A stretch of DNA of 64,000 nucleotides from Octopus vulgaris (GCA_951406725.2 OX597831.1:11780001-11844000), one strand, 5' to 3'. Shown: positions 28,249 to 45,531, counted from the stretch's first letter. The notes: generated by a model not told the origin, from the sequence alone. Numbers and translations: made by a program.

Positions 28249-29122
28249 TTTGTGTGTGGTGTACATAAGCATGTACGCAAGGAATAAGAGAGAGGGAGAG
28301 AAAGAAACAAAAATGAAAAGAAGAAAAGAAAGAAAGTAAGAAAGAAAGAAAGGAAATAAGGATAGATTTCAATAAGGAATAAAGGTACGGTTTAAAAAAA
28401 AAAGAGAAAGATGAAGAAGAACACAACAAGAGTAATTATGTGGCATAGAACAAATATAAATGTAAGAAAGAGAGGTGGGGAAAGAAACGTGTGGAAAGAC
28501 AGACAGATAGATAGAAAGCGCATAAGGGAAAGAGAGAGAGGGGGAAGCGGGCGGGAGAAGCGGGATGGGAAATAAAGATTGTATGTTATGGGGAGGGGTA
28601 GAACGTAAACGATGAAAATTATACCAGAGCTACAAATTGTAAATCAATAATGTAAATTGAAAACAAACAAAAAACAATAGTAATAATAATATTAATAATA
28701 ATCATAATAATATTAAAGAAGAAAATAATCAAAGAAAATGGCTGCTTAATTGAATATTAACGACGCCATGATGTGTTGTAGACGCCATATATTAGAAAGA
28801 ATTGTTAGTTTTTGAAGGCGTAATCTGTTAGGCTATTATTGATAATAAAGTTTTTCAATATGGCGGAGACATAATGTGTTTAATTTAATGGCGGAGAGAC
28901 GACAAATACGTAAATACTATGTAAGTACGTAAAATAAAAGCTTTATTAATTTGATGATAACACAGAGACACATACGTATAGGAATACGCAAATTGAGAGA
29001 GAACAAGAGAACGAGAGAGAGAGAGTGACAGAGAGAGAGTGACAGAGAAAGAGAGAGAAGGGAGAGAGGGAGGGGAAAAGAGAGTTAAAACCGTGAATAT
29101 TACAAAGGCTGTAAATTTGCAA

Positions 29123-29590
<468 letters not shown>

Positions 29591-29977
29591 GGAATAAACA
29601 ATAGGTGAAAAAAACAATGATGAAACTGTATACTGTTTAATTGAATATTAACGACGCCATCTTGTAGACGTTGTGTATTATGAGGGAGAGATGTATTGCC
29701 TGCGTTTTTTTACTGGGTTGTGTTTCAGTGTTATTTCTCATCTATTTGCATAAGTTTCCGTCGTTTATGTTATATTGTTTGTAAGACTTAAAAGTAATTA
29801 GTTCTCTTTCTCTTCATATATATATACATATATATATAGAAATATATACACATAAGTGTGTGTGTATGTGTGTGTATAATGTATAGATACAAATGAATAT
29901 AGACATACAAACACTGATATACATTGTAACTAAACATGCGTATATAAAAGTATATATATATATACATATATATATAC

Positions 29978-30025
<48 letters not shown>

Positions 30026-30167
30026 GGATATACATCTATATGCATGCACGTGTGTTTACATATATGTGCATATAGACATATATATGTAAGCTTGCATGTA
30101 TGTATGCATGCATACCTATCCACACATATACAGAAATATGTATATAAATATGCATCTACGAAAATTG

Positions 30168-30204
<37 letters not shown>

Positions 30205-30278
30205 TAGATATATAGATAGATAGATAGATAGATAGATATAGATAGATAGATAGATAGATAGATAGATCGATAGATAGA

Positions 30279-30335
<57 letters not shown>

Positions 30336-30387
30336 GGACAGACGGACGGACGGACAGACAGACAGACAGACAGACAGATAGACAGAC

Positions 30388-30456
<69 letters not shown>

Positions 30457-30894
30457 TAGAGAGAGCGTGACAGACAGACAGATAGGCAGACATACTCAGC
30501 CAAATATTTTCACATAGATATATGTCTTTACATAACATAATTTTCTCTGTGTGTATATATCTAGATAACACACACATTTAATGCATATTTATTCAAATAT
30601 ATTATTTGCATTCTGACGTGTTTCAATATTTTATTGTGTGGGGGTATATGTGTGTGCGTGTGTGTGTGTTTGCGTGAAGACTTGTGGATTGGTGTGTGTT
30701 TTCGCAAATGCATCTGTGTTTGTCGTGTACAAATGTAATTCTTTGAATGTTATTTCCGTATATTGAATATGAAATCTAGAAATAACACCTTAATAACGAA
30801 ATAAATAAACTGTGAGATATATGTATGTGGACATGTTGCTGTGCACATGAATCCACATGTGTACGTGTATCCACATGTGTGTGTGTGTGTGGTA

Positions 30895-30925
<31 letters not shown>

Positions 30926-31038
30926 GTGATGGCGCTGCAAATGGCGATGTGGACTCAAAATTCATAAATCATTTTATTTTTTCTTTATGTTGTTGTCACA
31001 TCACCGTTTCATTGTTGTTGTCGTCATACCCGCCATCT

Positions 31039-31071
<33 letters not shown>

Positions 31072-31072
31072 G

Positions 31073-31121
<49 letters not shown>

Positions 31122-31243
31122 GCTGTTGCTGCTGCTGCTTCAATGAAACTATGAAATAAAATAAATCATACGTTTAACGAGAAAGCAAAAATTGGATTGT
31201 CGAAATAGTAGCGTCTATAGATGAAACACACACACACACACAT

Positions 31244-31280
<37 letters not shown>

Positions 31281-31376
31281 CACGCATACACACATACACA
31301 CACGCATGTATTTACATAAGTGTACATATAAGCATATATCTAAACACAAACACACATATATACATATATATATATG

Positions 31377-31423
<47 letters not shown>

Positions 31424-31881
31424 CAAATATTTCGTTATATCTTTGTAATTATATGTTTACGTGGTTTTCTTGTTATTCAATTATGCTTCACTTAAGAATG
31501 AGAATATAGGAATTGAAGAATAAAAGAACAAGAATTCAGCTATAAAAAATTGAGACACAAATTTAGTTGAGAATAGATGGTGACAAGCTTTTGTACACAC
31601 GTTTATGTATGTATGTATGTATGTATGTATGTATGTATGTATGTATGTATGCATGCATGTGTGTATGTATGTATGCATGCATGTATGTGCATATCTACGT
31701 ATATATGGATATATGTTTGTATGTGAATATATTTGCAGGCTTGGTTGTGTGGTAAGTTTATGCCCAGCAACAAGGCTCCGCTGTCAGTCCCACTGCGTGG
31801 CACCTCGTGATTGATTTGGTAGATGGAAACTGAAAGAATCCCGTAGTATATATATATATATATATATACACACTCATATTC

Positions 31882-31952
<71 letters not shown>

Positions 31953-32571
31953 GATACAGCAACACACACGCACGTACACACTCATACACACACATTCGAA
32001 TGTAAAAGGTGGTGTAATATGCGATTTATTAAAGCTGAAAAATGTCTTCACAAACTGTAACTCAGTATTTCATGTGACGTGAATATAGTTTTCTGTTACT
32101 ATCCATACAAGCATTATAAATGAAAGAAAATAAGTTTAAAATGCATTGGGAATGTATAAGAATATTTATCTATATTAATGTTAATACACCGGTTTCTTAT
32201 TTACATGATTTTCGAAAGTTCACGTTATGTTGAACATGGGGTTCTGTCGCAAACTATAGCATTTCTGCATGATTTTTCTAAAATTCGTTCATCCTTTTAG
32301 AGAGAACGGGGTTTAAATCGTTTTCAGTTAACATACAATCATACATAAACGGTAAGTTCAAAACTTACAGTGATATATAAATGTTTGCGTATGTACATCT
32401 CTATTTCCTCTCTTTCAGCCACTCTCTTTCGCACATGCACTCGAATTATATATGTGTGTATGTATCTAGCTATTTATCTATCTATCTATCTACAAATATT
32501 CATATGTGTGTGTACAAAACATATATATACACGCGCATACACACACACACACACACATAAGAAAGCACAAG

Positions 32572-32606
<35 letters not shown>

Positions 32607-33168
32607 TATATGTTTGTATATGTATGTACGTATGTCAGCATATACGTACGTATGTTGTGTCTGTTGTGTATATCTAAATATATATTCTGTGTAAGGGTTT
32701 ATACGTGTGTGTGTGTGCGTGCGTGCATGTATGTTGTTCTTTGCTATGTTACCATCAGAAAAATGTCGAAAAGACCATTTCCATTGTCGACATCTGAAAG
32801 TCATATTTCCTAAGGAACGTTTGAATGATTAATTACCCTTTGGTCTATCATCCGATGTTTCACGCTGGTTCAGTTTGGAAGAGTCTGAATATTTTAAGAC
32901 GTCTTGTACGAGGAACGACAGCGTTTTAATGTTGGCCCGCGTGTCGGCAACCATAACTGTATCGATAAAGAACTTCACTACCGGAATTTGGGTTTCAGCC
33001 CACAGCGAGGCTGGTTTGTTAAATATTTTATAACCAGGCTTGGGGATACAAAAGCCTTGTGAATAAAGTTTAGTAAACAAAAACTTTTTGGAACATCGTC
33101 CATGCTTGATGATGGTAAAAATATACATATGCATAAGTACATATACACGCACACACATACATAGATAC

Positions 33169-33341
<173 letters not shown>

Positions 33342-33496
33342 CGTGTCACTTGTGGAACACGACTTTCGCTACATAAACCTGATGATTGTCTAACGCATGA
33401 AAGTACTAGTTTACTTCAATATTGTAAAATTGCAAAAATTGCAAATAGTAATTGATTAATATGTGTGTATGCGTGTGTGTGTCTATGTGTGTGTAT

Positions 33497-33551
<55 letters not shown>

Positions 33552-33856
33552 TGTTTGAAAAGGTTTAACGAAAGCGTTGACACACTAGAAAAAAAACTTC
33601 TTCAAAACAAACAGGTTAGTAAAGTCCTCATAAATGATTTCATAACATTTTATTTAGAAAGTAATTTCGGTTTTTAAATCACCTTTTACACTTCAAAAAC
33701 TGTTTTAAGTAATCCTCATAGGAAGAAGCAATTTATATGGAGTAGATTTATGATATCCACTAATAGATAGCATATCACTAAGACTTGGTTGAACCTTCAT
33801 AATATGTGATAATAATAATAACAACAACAATAATAACAATAATAATAATAATAATA

Positions 33857-33903
<47 letters not shown>

Positions 33904-33907
33904 AATG

Positions 33908-33953
<46 letters not shown>

Positions 33954-34000
33954 TAATAATAATGCGGAGGAGGAGGAGGAGGAGGAGGAGGAGGAGGAGG

Positions 34001-34074
<74 letters not shown>

Positions 34075-34536
34075 TCAAGATGAAGTGGCATCGTTATTTA
34101 TCGTTTGGCCATGAAATGCATGGACTATCGATTCAGATATATTCGTCAATGAAAACATAACACTGTTGGTTAAATTGCAACAAAACGGGATCTCAAGAAT
34201 AAACTTTGATGGTTGGATATTATGAATATCCAGGTAGGAAAACCATTTTGTGCCGTTACTTTTTGACATTTTTCAATCACTGGAGAGCAACCATGCCAGG
34301 GAACCGCTTTGAATGGTTTAGCTGAATAAACCATCCCTAGTAGTGGCATCTTCTTTAAGTCCGGTATTTATGTTATCAGTTTGTTTTGTCGAACCCCTAG
34401 GTAAACAGGAATGTAAATCAAACAGCACCGGCTACTAAACAGTCTGAGACAAGCACAAACACACACATACACACATATATATGTACTGATGTACCTCTGT
34501 GTGAGCGTGTTTTGTGTGTGTTTAGAGACCAAGAGA

Positions 34537-34638
34537 GACGGAGACAGAGAGGGAGAGGGAGACAGAGAGGGAGAGGGAGACAGAGAGGGAGAGGGAGACA
34601 GAGAGGGAGAGGGAGACAGAGAGGGAGAGGGAGACAGA
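34537..34638. repeat. 18-bp minisatellite (ggagacagagagggagag)x5
   Basis: Direct tandem repeat; gives the GDREGE repeat ORF. Confidence 0.9.
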
Positions 34639-35668
34639 CAGACAGGCAGACAGAAGAAAGAAAGACACACACACAGACAGACAGTTATGTTGGCAAGCAG
34701 ACAGACAAACACATACATACGCACACACATACTGACATACATGCATATACGAAAGGCTTCTTCTAGTTTCCATCTGTCAAATGCACTCAAAATGCTCTGG
34801 TCGCGCAGTGGGACTGAACCTGGAACCATGATTCCAGACAGCAAGCTACTAACCACGCAGCCAAACTTTGGTGGAAATATTGTCCAAAGGTCAATAGCCT
34901 GTCATTCGATTCTCGGTGGAACATTGACTGAAGGTCCGTATCGAAGATCGATTCTCAATCAAAAATATATTCTTTAAATCTCACCTCTAATGGCTGCCGT
35001 ATCATGCAAGATACTGTCAACGAACGAACAGATAACATGAATTGGATATGACCACAACCACTGCAAACCACCACCGCAACCACCACCACCACCACCAATG
35101 CCAACACCAGCATTAGCACCATCGCCATCAGCGGCACTGCGCCATTACGACTGCCACACAAATAAAAACAACAACCACAACAACAACAAGAACAACAACG
35201 ACTACACAACACACAAAAACGGCAACAATTATCTGACGTAGACAAATGTTTTCCTAACGGTAGCATTGTCATGAAAAGATTGTCAACCAACCAATAATTT
35301 CCTACTTTCATTAGTGTGGAATTAATTAACAATTAAATTAATTAATCAATGACGGCCACAAGTAAAGGAAGGCTTGACTAATTGATGATCATTATTATTA
35401 TTATTATTATTATTGTTTTTGTTGCTGCTCTTAATCATGCTTCTGTTGATTTAATTTTTGTAAATGTTGCGTGTTTAAAGGCAATATGGCGATAACTAAA
35501 CAGCTTCTCAACAGAGATACAATATTTTAAATGATTCTACATTTTAAATTAAAGCTTACATACAATACAAACACGAACACAGAAATGAAACGCATACGAA
35601 TACATGCAGACACACACTCATAAACTATTGACACATATAAACCATACGTATACAGACGGAAGGAACAG

Positions 35669-35720
<52 letters not shown>

Positions 35721-36425
35721 ACATACAGACATACAGACATACATATATACATACATACATTTATACATACGTGTGTATATGTGTACACATACATATATAT
35801 ATATACATGGATATATGTACACACACATATATATATATATATACCTGGATATATATAAATGCATGTGTATGTATGCATGTATACATGTATGTACGTAGAT
35901 ATATATACACACACACACAAACATGTTACTATAGTTGTATATAATATATATTATGATATATATACGTATATATGCATACATACATATAGAATATATACTG
36001 GCATATATACATGTATGTATGCATGTATATCGATATGTTTGTGTATATATGTCTGTCTATGTGTGTATGAGTGTGTCTACACAGAGAGAAAGAGAGAGAG
36101 AGAGCGTGAGAGAGAGAGAGAGAGGAGTCAAAGAGAGAAAGAAAAGGTGGAGGGACAGAGACGAGAGTGCCATCAGCAGGCAATGACATGACAATAGCAA
36201 CAATGAGAAGAACATGAAAGAAATAGGAATGAGACAAACAAACGCTTTAAGATAAAAGAAAAAACAAAGAAAAAACAAAACATGGCGGAAATGTTAAAAT
36301 GTTCAGGTTTTTTAGAAATTTCGATAACATTAAAAGGCTACGTGTGTATACACACACACACACACATAAATATATACATATACATATATATGGTGGTGGT
36401 GGTTATGATGATTATGATGATTATG

Positions 36426-36478
<53 letters not shown>

Positions 36479-37825
36479 GCTTCCCTACTTTCAACCCAAA
36501 GAGAAAGCTGAGAGAGACACACACACACACACACAAACACACGCACACACGCGCCCACACACAATACCCGAGTGACAACTTTAATAAGGTATCTAAGGCA
36601 TCATGGATACCTGTGTATATTTTCTACACAGAGACATACACGACGAGCTCAGACACCCACCCACCCACACACACACACACACAGATGTACATGCATATTT
36701 GTACTCTAAGTTGTTGTACATAAACAATTGAACTATAAAAACACAACAATAAAATTAAAATCAAAATTGATGCTTACTGGAGACTTTCAATGTGCTTGCA
36801 AATATTTTGCTTGTATATTGTCACGCTACTTCTATTCTTTATTCGTTTGGAAAATTCGTGTTAAGATTCAGAATGCATTGGCTTCTCATAAATTTTATTC
36901 ATTCTGTTTTATGTATTGCGTACATTTTCCCATTTCGAAACACAAACCTTCAATACATACACACATATATGTATATATATATATACATATATATGTTTGT
37001 ATATATATCTACGTACTTGTGTATCAATCTAAGTACTTTTGTATACAAAACTTTAAAAAAATATATGAATGCTCTCTAGAAGATAATTCGATTCAGATAT
37101 ATTTAGTAACAATAAATCTGGAAGAATTATCGAGCTGAGCGAAAATAAATTTGCACGCGCACGCGCACACAAATACACACACACACACACACACATAAAC
37201 AAACAAACACACTTCAGCCAAGGTATCTGCACATATTAGCACACATTAAGTACTATAAATTCTGACGCATAGAATGAACTGCGCCAAGACGAACAGACAG
37301 ACAGATGCATATACACCCGCGTCCGCGCGCACATGTATGCCAACGTGCTTGTACGTGTATGTATATGCATATATATCTCTGTGTGTATAATGAGCGGAAA
37401 GAGGTGGTGGGAGAGGGTGAAGAGATAATTGCAATATCTCTCTGTATATACGTATGTATGTATGTATGTATGTGTGTGTATGTATGTATGCATGTATGTG
37501 TGTGCATGTATGTATATATGTATATGTATATATGTATGCATGTATGTATGTATGCAAGTATGCATGTATGTGTGTGTATGTATGTATGTATGCATGCATG
37601 TATGTATGTGTGTATGTATGTATGTATATATATATATATGCATGTATGTATGTGCATGTATATATGTATGCATGTGTGTATGCATATATGTGTGTGTATA
37701 TATATATATGTTGATATGTATGTACGTATGTATGCATGTATGTATGTGTATGTATGTGTGAGCCGGTATTTATGCATGTGTGTATATATGTGCATATATG
37801 TATGTGCATATATATATGTATGTGC

Positions 37826-37858
<33 letters not shown>

Positions 37859-38570
37859 TGTATGTATGTATGTATGTATGTATGTATGTATGTATGTATG
37901 TATGTACGTATGTATCTATGAATACATTGACGTATTCGTACAATCTGGTGCTTAAATACACTTGAATGTAACCAAGTTCCTGAAACCTATTTTTGCGCTG
38001 TGTAACCCAGTGTGGAAGGATTTATACGCTTATTTCTATGCGAGAAAGTATCTGTTGGTGCTTTCTCTTGAACGATTGCATGAGAGGTTTTGCGTTTGTG
38101 TGTGAGGTGAGCGTATGGGTTGACGTGCAAACGTGTGTACGACTGAGTTCTAAACATGTGATGCATGTTAACACATTTAACCTTTAAATTACAAAACTGA
38201 GAATGAACGATATGTTAGAAAGTTCAAGCAGTTTCCAGATTAAAATCTTTACGTACAGATATTTGACATTTAATAACCATTTTGTTTCTTTTCCTTTTTT
38301 TCATTTAATTTATTTATTGATTTGAAAATCTTATATGAATTCAAATGTTCTGTTGATTTCTAAATCCCAGCGCAACAACACAAATGTTTCAAAAAATAAG
38401 GTACATTCGTTTCAATATAGACCCCTGCCTTCATTATTTGTACTTGACCGGTACTTAATTTCATCGAGCCCCGATGGAATAGGAGCAAATTAGCCACGGT
38501 ACAATTTGAAATCAGAATATTAAGAAGTTTCGGTATCAGGTCACTTTTGGATTGGCAGCCGGAACTCTTC

Positions 38571-38732
38571 ATTCCAGCAATTGACTTTGACCCTTTAGCA
38601 TTTAAACTGACCATATCCAAACCAAAATATTCTACTTATTTTGTGTTCAAACTGACCATATTTGGCCTCTAAATATCTGCAATGTCATTCTAAAGATAAA
38701 CTATTACATCTTCGAGACCCCGAAGCTACGAG
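38571..38732 (+). mobile_element. End of a piggyBac-type MITE
   Basis: tgaccctttagc start (degenerate TTAA|CCC); internally similar to the reverse complement of 60745-60905 (tgttca..., ggcctct..., tgtcattct, cgaagctacgag). Confidence 0.55.
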
Positions 38733-39812
38733 TCTCCATCGATTAAGTTTATTGGCCTTATCTCCCACCCATTTTATTCTTTTAGAATCTAAAATACTTC
38801 AAGAGGATTTTTTTCTTTTGTAATTCCTTAGATTTAATCATTTAATCGCAGTTTTGCAACTTCTTCTGTTATATATTAATTCACGCAGAACTAGGCCCCA
38901 AAAGGTATTGTGACTGAATCCAGCATTTAGTATGAATGCGAAAAGTAATGTAGCTACAAAATATTTAAATTTAATATTTAATCATATTCTCAGGCATAAG
39001 TATTAAGGAATATTACACTGAAACTTAGCTATTCTTCTGCTAAAATCCTATTGTAAGGCTATTTAGAAGACAGCAGACACCTCTGAGGTATTTTCTTTCA
39101 ACCATGTTATAGATATCTGTTATCAGTGTCTCTATATTTCCAAGCACCTAACAAAGCGTTTCCAGAATGGATTAACACAGATACATACAATTAAAAACCA
39201 CATCGAGTGTTTGGATCAGTACTTGTCATTAGAGTGAGCACAACCGGCCCTGGGGGAGATGGAATATTTTCTATAGGTACTGCAAACGAAGGAAGCTGTA
39301 GGAGATGGCGATAGATCACTTTAAATTATTATTAATGGTCTAAATGAAGCGACAAGCTGGCTGAGTTCTTAGCACTCCGGACAAGATGCATAGCGACATT
39401 TCATTCGTCTTTATGTTCCGAGTTCGAATTCCGTCGATGTCAACTTTGCCTTTCATCCTTCCGGGGGTCAATAAAATAAATATCATTTGAGCACTGGGGA
39501 GGGGGGGTCTAATGTAATCGCCTCGATCCTACCTTCAACCGCCAAAATTGCAGGCCTAGTGGTTAAAGTAGAAACAACGTTAATGGTAAAAAAATGCTTT
39601 TGACATTCCGTATATTGATAAAATGACTTTTGTGCAAGTAATCTTTTAATAGCGATCGACCCGGCCAGGCGGAGCAATTTTCTGTGGGGGAATTTAATTT
39701 TGCTGAAGCGTAGCAAAGGGGAGAGAGAGGCTAGCGTCGAAAAAGTATTAGTAAAATAAAAGGCGCGATAACTAAAAACAACTTTGCAATGTATTGATTT
39801 AGAAAAGAGATA

Positions 39813-39875
<63 letters not shown>

Positions 39876-40181
39876 CACATATATATGTATATATATATAT
39901 AATATTATATATTATACATATATAATAGGTAGACACGTAACAACGGAAGGTGATTGTTGAAGATGTCCAAAGTGAAAGATCAAATGCTATTTGCAATCGA
40001 CAGACAACTGGCAGAATGTGGCATTGGAAGCTTTACAACAGCAATCGCTTCGCAAATGATGTGTGACAGGTGCTGGCAAGATGGCGCCAGTCAAAGGGAG
40101 CGGCGGACGGACATTGGAGACAGAAAAACCGAAGACGGGTTTATGGATTAAAAGTCAGCGAAATAAACGTTGCACTGATAG

Positions 40182-40225
<44 letters not shown>

Positions 40226-41067
40226 ATGGACGTATATCTGTGTATGTGTGTTTATATATATACGCATACATACAAATGTGCATAGCCATAGATATATATG
40301 TGTGTATGTGCGTACGTGCGTACGTGTGTGCGCGTGTGTGTAATACATATTATATATATGTGTGTGTGGGTGTGTGTGTGTGTGCGTTTGGTTGCATTTA
40401 TATATGTTTACATTTGTGGATATACGCATCTATATATGTGTAAATGCGTGTAGGTATACAATTATATATATATGTATAAATGTATACAAGGATATGTGTA
40501 TGTGTGTATGCATGCATGTGTGCCTATGAGTTTGTATACCTGTCTATGTATTACGAGTGTATATGGTTGTATGCACGCATGTACAGTGATGTACAGATAG
40601 TCGATACTCGCGCGCGAGCAGAGCTTGGTATCAAATACTATACTTTGGCAAATCGTTTTAGGTGCCTGTGGAGTCCTGAGCATCCATGGACACAACTTCA
40701 ACTTACCCGCTAACACTGACGTAGCGGGACTTCCACTTTGTGACAGCTGGATGGGGAGAGAGAGAGAGACAGAGACAGACAGACAGACAGACAGACACAG
40801 AGCGGTGTTGGTAACCGTTGTCAACTATGTAGACGGAGATGACATTAAATGAAGCGACTTGCTCAAGGAGAAGGCGTGTTGCCCTACCCAAGAACTGAAC
40901 CCGAGATCTTATGATAGTAAGACAAGCGTCTCTAGGCCACGTGCCTTCTGTATGCCTGAAAGTATATAATATATAATATCATTGTACCACGCAATGAAAC
41001 AGATTATTAGATGCTATTATACAACGCTGGTCACAATGCACTTCCAAACGATGTTGTCGCTTTCAAA

Positions 41068-41290
41068 GGCGGCGAGCTGGCAGGAACGTTAGCACGCTGG
41101 GCGAAATGCTTAGCGGTATTTCGTCTGTTGCTACGTTCTGAATTCAAATTCCTCCGCGGTCGACTTTGGCTTTCATTCTTTCGAGGTGGATAAATTAAGT
41201 ACCAGTTGGGTACTGAGGTCGATCTAATCTACTGTCTCCCCAACCTTCCCCAAAATTTCGGGCCTTGTGCCTTGAGTAGAAAAGGATATT
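41068..41290 (+). mobile_element. SINE family A, full length
   Basis: ggcggcgagctggcagg head, ttcaaattcc B box, tail ccttgtgccttgagtagaaaagg. Confidence 0.88.
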
Positions 41291-41492
41291 GTTGCTTTCA
41301 AATGATTCCACCTTGCTGGTTAGGCAGGCAATAATAGATAATGTAATATATGTGTGTGTGAGTGTGAGTGTGTGTGTATATACAGTCATATATACATACA
41401 TACATACATACATACATACACACATACATACATACATACATACATACATACATACATACATACATACATACATACATACATACATACATACA

Positions 41493-41528
<36 letters not shown>

Positions 41529-42169
41529 TATAGAAGTACCTTCTTTTATGTACTCTATTGCTAGACACTACCATTGACTGTTATGTACTTCATCACTGGA
41601 CTATTCGCTATTTTGTACTCTATTATTTGACAAGACTACTCACTGTTATGTACGCCATTTCTAGACAAGACTGCATGCTATTATCTTTTTTTCATGTGTC
41701 AGTCGCTGTCGATTCCCTACCCCCGGTGGAGAACACCTTTGTGCCACACAGGCGACAACCCTCAAACGCATGGGTCTGTCTTTGGGTAATCGCTGCTGGT
41801 GAGGGTTTTACAAGGTCGGCGAGTAAATCCAACCTCAGAACGTTTCTAGTCACCTTTTATGACATGCAGAGGAAACGTTGGGTTTATTCTTTAACACGCC
41901 GGCCTCCACACAGCACAGAATACCTCTCGACCGGACGTGGCACTAAAACGCTGGGACCCCGGGGTGGCAATGTGCGTTCAAGGTGTCGATGTTCACTAAG
42001 TCTTGCAATTCAAATCAGTTCTCGTTGATAATCACGCTTTTCATCGACGGACGATCCGAGTGAATACAGGGAAATGTATCAGAGGAAAGTGACGTCATCA
42101 CAGTCTGTTGGAAATGATCAAAGTCATTGTTGAACTCCAGTCAGCTGATATTAAGAAAACCTTAAGATA

Positions 42170-42503
42170 AAAGAATAAAGACCCTCCCTGAATGACCACG
42201 GGATTGCACCTAGAAGGTTCCCCATCCGAGGTACAAGTTCGTGCAAGGTAGTTTATGGAAGACCAGCAATCGCCCATGCATACCGGCCTCCCTTCGCCAT
42301 GCCACTGATGTTATCCAAGGGAGAGGCAAAGAGGCCGATACAGCTTGGCACCGGTGACGTCACAACTCATTTCTGCAGCTGAGTGAACTGGAGTGACGTG
42401 AAATAAAATGTCTTGCTCAAGAACACAACATGCAGCCCAGTCCGGGGGAACGAACACGCTACATCATGATTATGAGACCAGCGCTCTAACCACTGAGCCA
42501 TAA
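42170..42503 (-). mobile_element. tRNA-derived SINE family C
   Basis: Minus-strand head atggctcagtggttagagcg (A box)...gttcgttcccc (B-box-like), body ccagttcactcagctgcagaaatgag; related copy at 12530-13240. Confidence 0.8.
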
Positions 42504-42941
42504 TCACAAGCTAAAAACTTTGCTTCCCTGAATATTACGTATTTGGAGATTGGGTGGTATTTGAACCAAAGTGTCCTTAAGTTTAGTTGTTAGAACTGGG
42601 TTCATACCTAGTTTGATAGCACAAATCGAGGATGAGATAACCAAAGGCCCTCCTGCCCTGCTCTCCGGAACATATTTTTCAAGGACAGTGTATTTAGGAG
42701 TTCATAATTCAGTATGATCTTCCTCTTCTTAAGATTGTAGGGTACATGTGTGTGTGTGTGTGTACACGCATATATATATATATGCATATATATATATATA
42801 TGTATGAATATATATATATATATATATAAACGTGTGTGTGCGTGTGTATATACATATAAACACACAGATACATATACATATACATATATGATTTATGCAT
42901 GTTTATGTATGTATGCATGCGTATGTATGTATATATATGTA

Positions 42942-42992
<51 letters not shown>

Positions 42993-44050
42993 GTATACAT
43001 ATATTTGTATGTATATATGTGTGTGTGTTATAAGTACTTATAACATATATATCCATGTATGCATGTATATATGTATATTCATGTATGTGTGTATGTGTAT
43101 ATATATATATATATATACATATATGTGTGTGTGTGTGTGTGTGCATGCGTATATGTGCATGTGTGTGCCTCTCAGCCAACATTTTAGATGAGGCTTGCGT
43201 GTCTACCAACAATGAGAGAACTTTCGTTTAGGGAGAAAAGGGTCAGGAAGGATACGTTTATCAAAACTCATTACAGGATCTTTCAAGGCGCTTCTCGCTT
43301 TCAGCCTTTGTATCAATAACAACAACAACAACAACAACAATAATGATAATAATGATAATGACGATGATGATGATGGTGATGATGGTGATGATGATGACGA
43401 TGATGATGATGATGATGGTGATACTTATATTAATAACAATAATAGAAAAGAATGATAATATTGTTAACAATAATAGAAGTAATGTTAGTGATGATGATGA
43501 TGAGGAGGAGGAGGAGGAAGAGTAGAAGGAAGAGGAGAAGGAGGTAGAGGAGGCGGAGGAGGAAGAGGGGGAGGATAACAGTAATGATAATTATAACAAA
43601 AACAATAATGATGATAATAACAATAGCAAATAGCAACGATGATGATGATGATTATGATGATTATGATGACGACGACGACGACGACGGCGATGATGATGAT
43701 AATGATGGTGATGATGGTAATGATGGTGGTGATGACTATGGTGATGGTGTCCCATCTTTGTTGCAATGAACTCAATGACATAACTCCAAGACAGCCGCTG
43801 GTTCCTTACTCTTCTTTTACCATATTTACTTCTAACGTGTTTCTTTCGCCATTTATATCCTATCGTATCACAGTTGTCATGTTATTTTCAAACTATGCAC
43901 TGAAGAAAGAAAGGCAGCAAGGTAGGAAGGAAGGGGATGAGAAAGAATTTTTTGTGAATTTATTAAAGAATAGTCAATACAACGCGAATACTGTTGGGAC
44001 GCTGGAAAATAATAGCGCGATGAGACCACATAATTATCGTATGTGTGTGT

Positions 44051-44082
<32 letters not shown>

Positions 44083-44427
44083 CTTGGGAATGGTGCGTAA
44101 GCATGCATGGTATAAGGTAGACTCTATGTGTCTGTATGTCGTGGGGTTTTGTCTGTCTTTCATTCTCTAACTTTTTCTTTCTATATGTGTGTGTGTGTGT
44201 GTGTATGTACGTATGTATGTATATTTACAGGGAGAGGGAGAAAGTGAGTTTGTGGGCGGTGTATATGTAGACATAAACATTTATCTATGTATATATGCAT
44301 ATATATATATATATATAAACACACATCTAAAATGCATCTAAAAATAATTATATAGTTATATATATAATATATGTATTTATACACGCAAACACGCACACAA
44401 GTGTATAATATATATATATAAATATAC

Positions 44428-44472
<45 letters not shown>

Positions 44473-44693
44473 AGCACACACACATATATAAAGTAAATAT
44501 ATCATTTTACACACATATATGCGTATATACTCAAAATTTCTCTCACACACACGCACATATAGATGCACATAAACATATACGCTCATATATATACACACAC
44601 ACAGACACAAACACACACACATTTATTTTCATTTAAATTCGCAACATTCCCTTTATGTCTGTCTCTTTTTCCCCCCTCTTATCTTTTCTTTCT

Positions 44694-44736
<43 letters not shown>

Positions 44737-45120
44737 ATCCCATCACTGCTTTTCTTCCTTTCCTTCCTTTCTAACTCCCATTCGCCCATTAACTATCTAT
44801 AATAAGAACGATTCCAATTTCCAATTATGAAAGTGAAAGTGAAACTACAAATTACATTTATTAAATGAAACAAAAGAGGAAAATAAAAAGTAAATTACGG
44901 ATGCTCATAACTGCTGTAATAAAGTAATTACATTTAAACGGACATTAACATAAGTGGTTGCGTGAAAACAATGAGACACATTCGTACCCACTCCCTAGCT
45001 ACCTTGACTCCAGTGTTTTGAATTTTAGAATGGGATGTGAAGCGAAACAACTACATTCATCTCTCCCTACCTCGCTACACATATAACTACAGTTTATCAG
45101 TTTATCACATATATATATAC

Positions 45121-45178
<58 letters not shown>

Positions 45179-45224
45179 ATTTATATACACATATATATGT
45201 GTGTATATATATATATATACATAG

Positions 45225-45282
<58 letters not shown>

Positions 45283-45347
45283 GTATATATATATATATTC
45301 ATTTATATACACATATATATGTGTGTATATATATATACATAGATATG

Positions 45348-45392
<45 letters not shown>

Positions 45393-45531
45393 ATGGACAT
45401 ACAGAGAGAGAGGTGATAACTTACACACTCAGACATATACAGATATACACGTAAGCTCTTTACACACAAATATACTTAAAAGTCAGTAAGTGGTATCAGT
45501 AAATGTATACATACACATATATGTATATATG

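Noticed and set aside
38735-39300. Possible highly decayed LINE coding fragment
   Set aside because: No motif could be reconstructed by eye.
41068-41160. tRNA genes at SINE heads
   Set aside because: A/B boxes are present but there is no full cloverleaf, and each runs into a SINE body.
42608-42745. Possible second Penelope ORF C-terminal remnant (PYNLKKRK...HPRFVLSN)
   Set aside because: Similarity too weak to call without a profile search.
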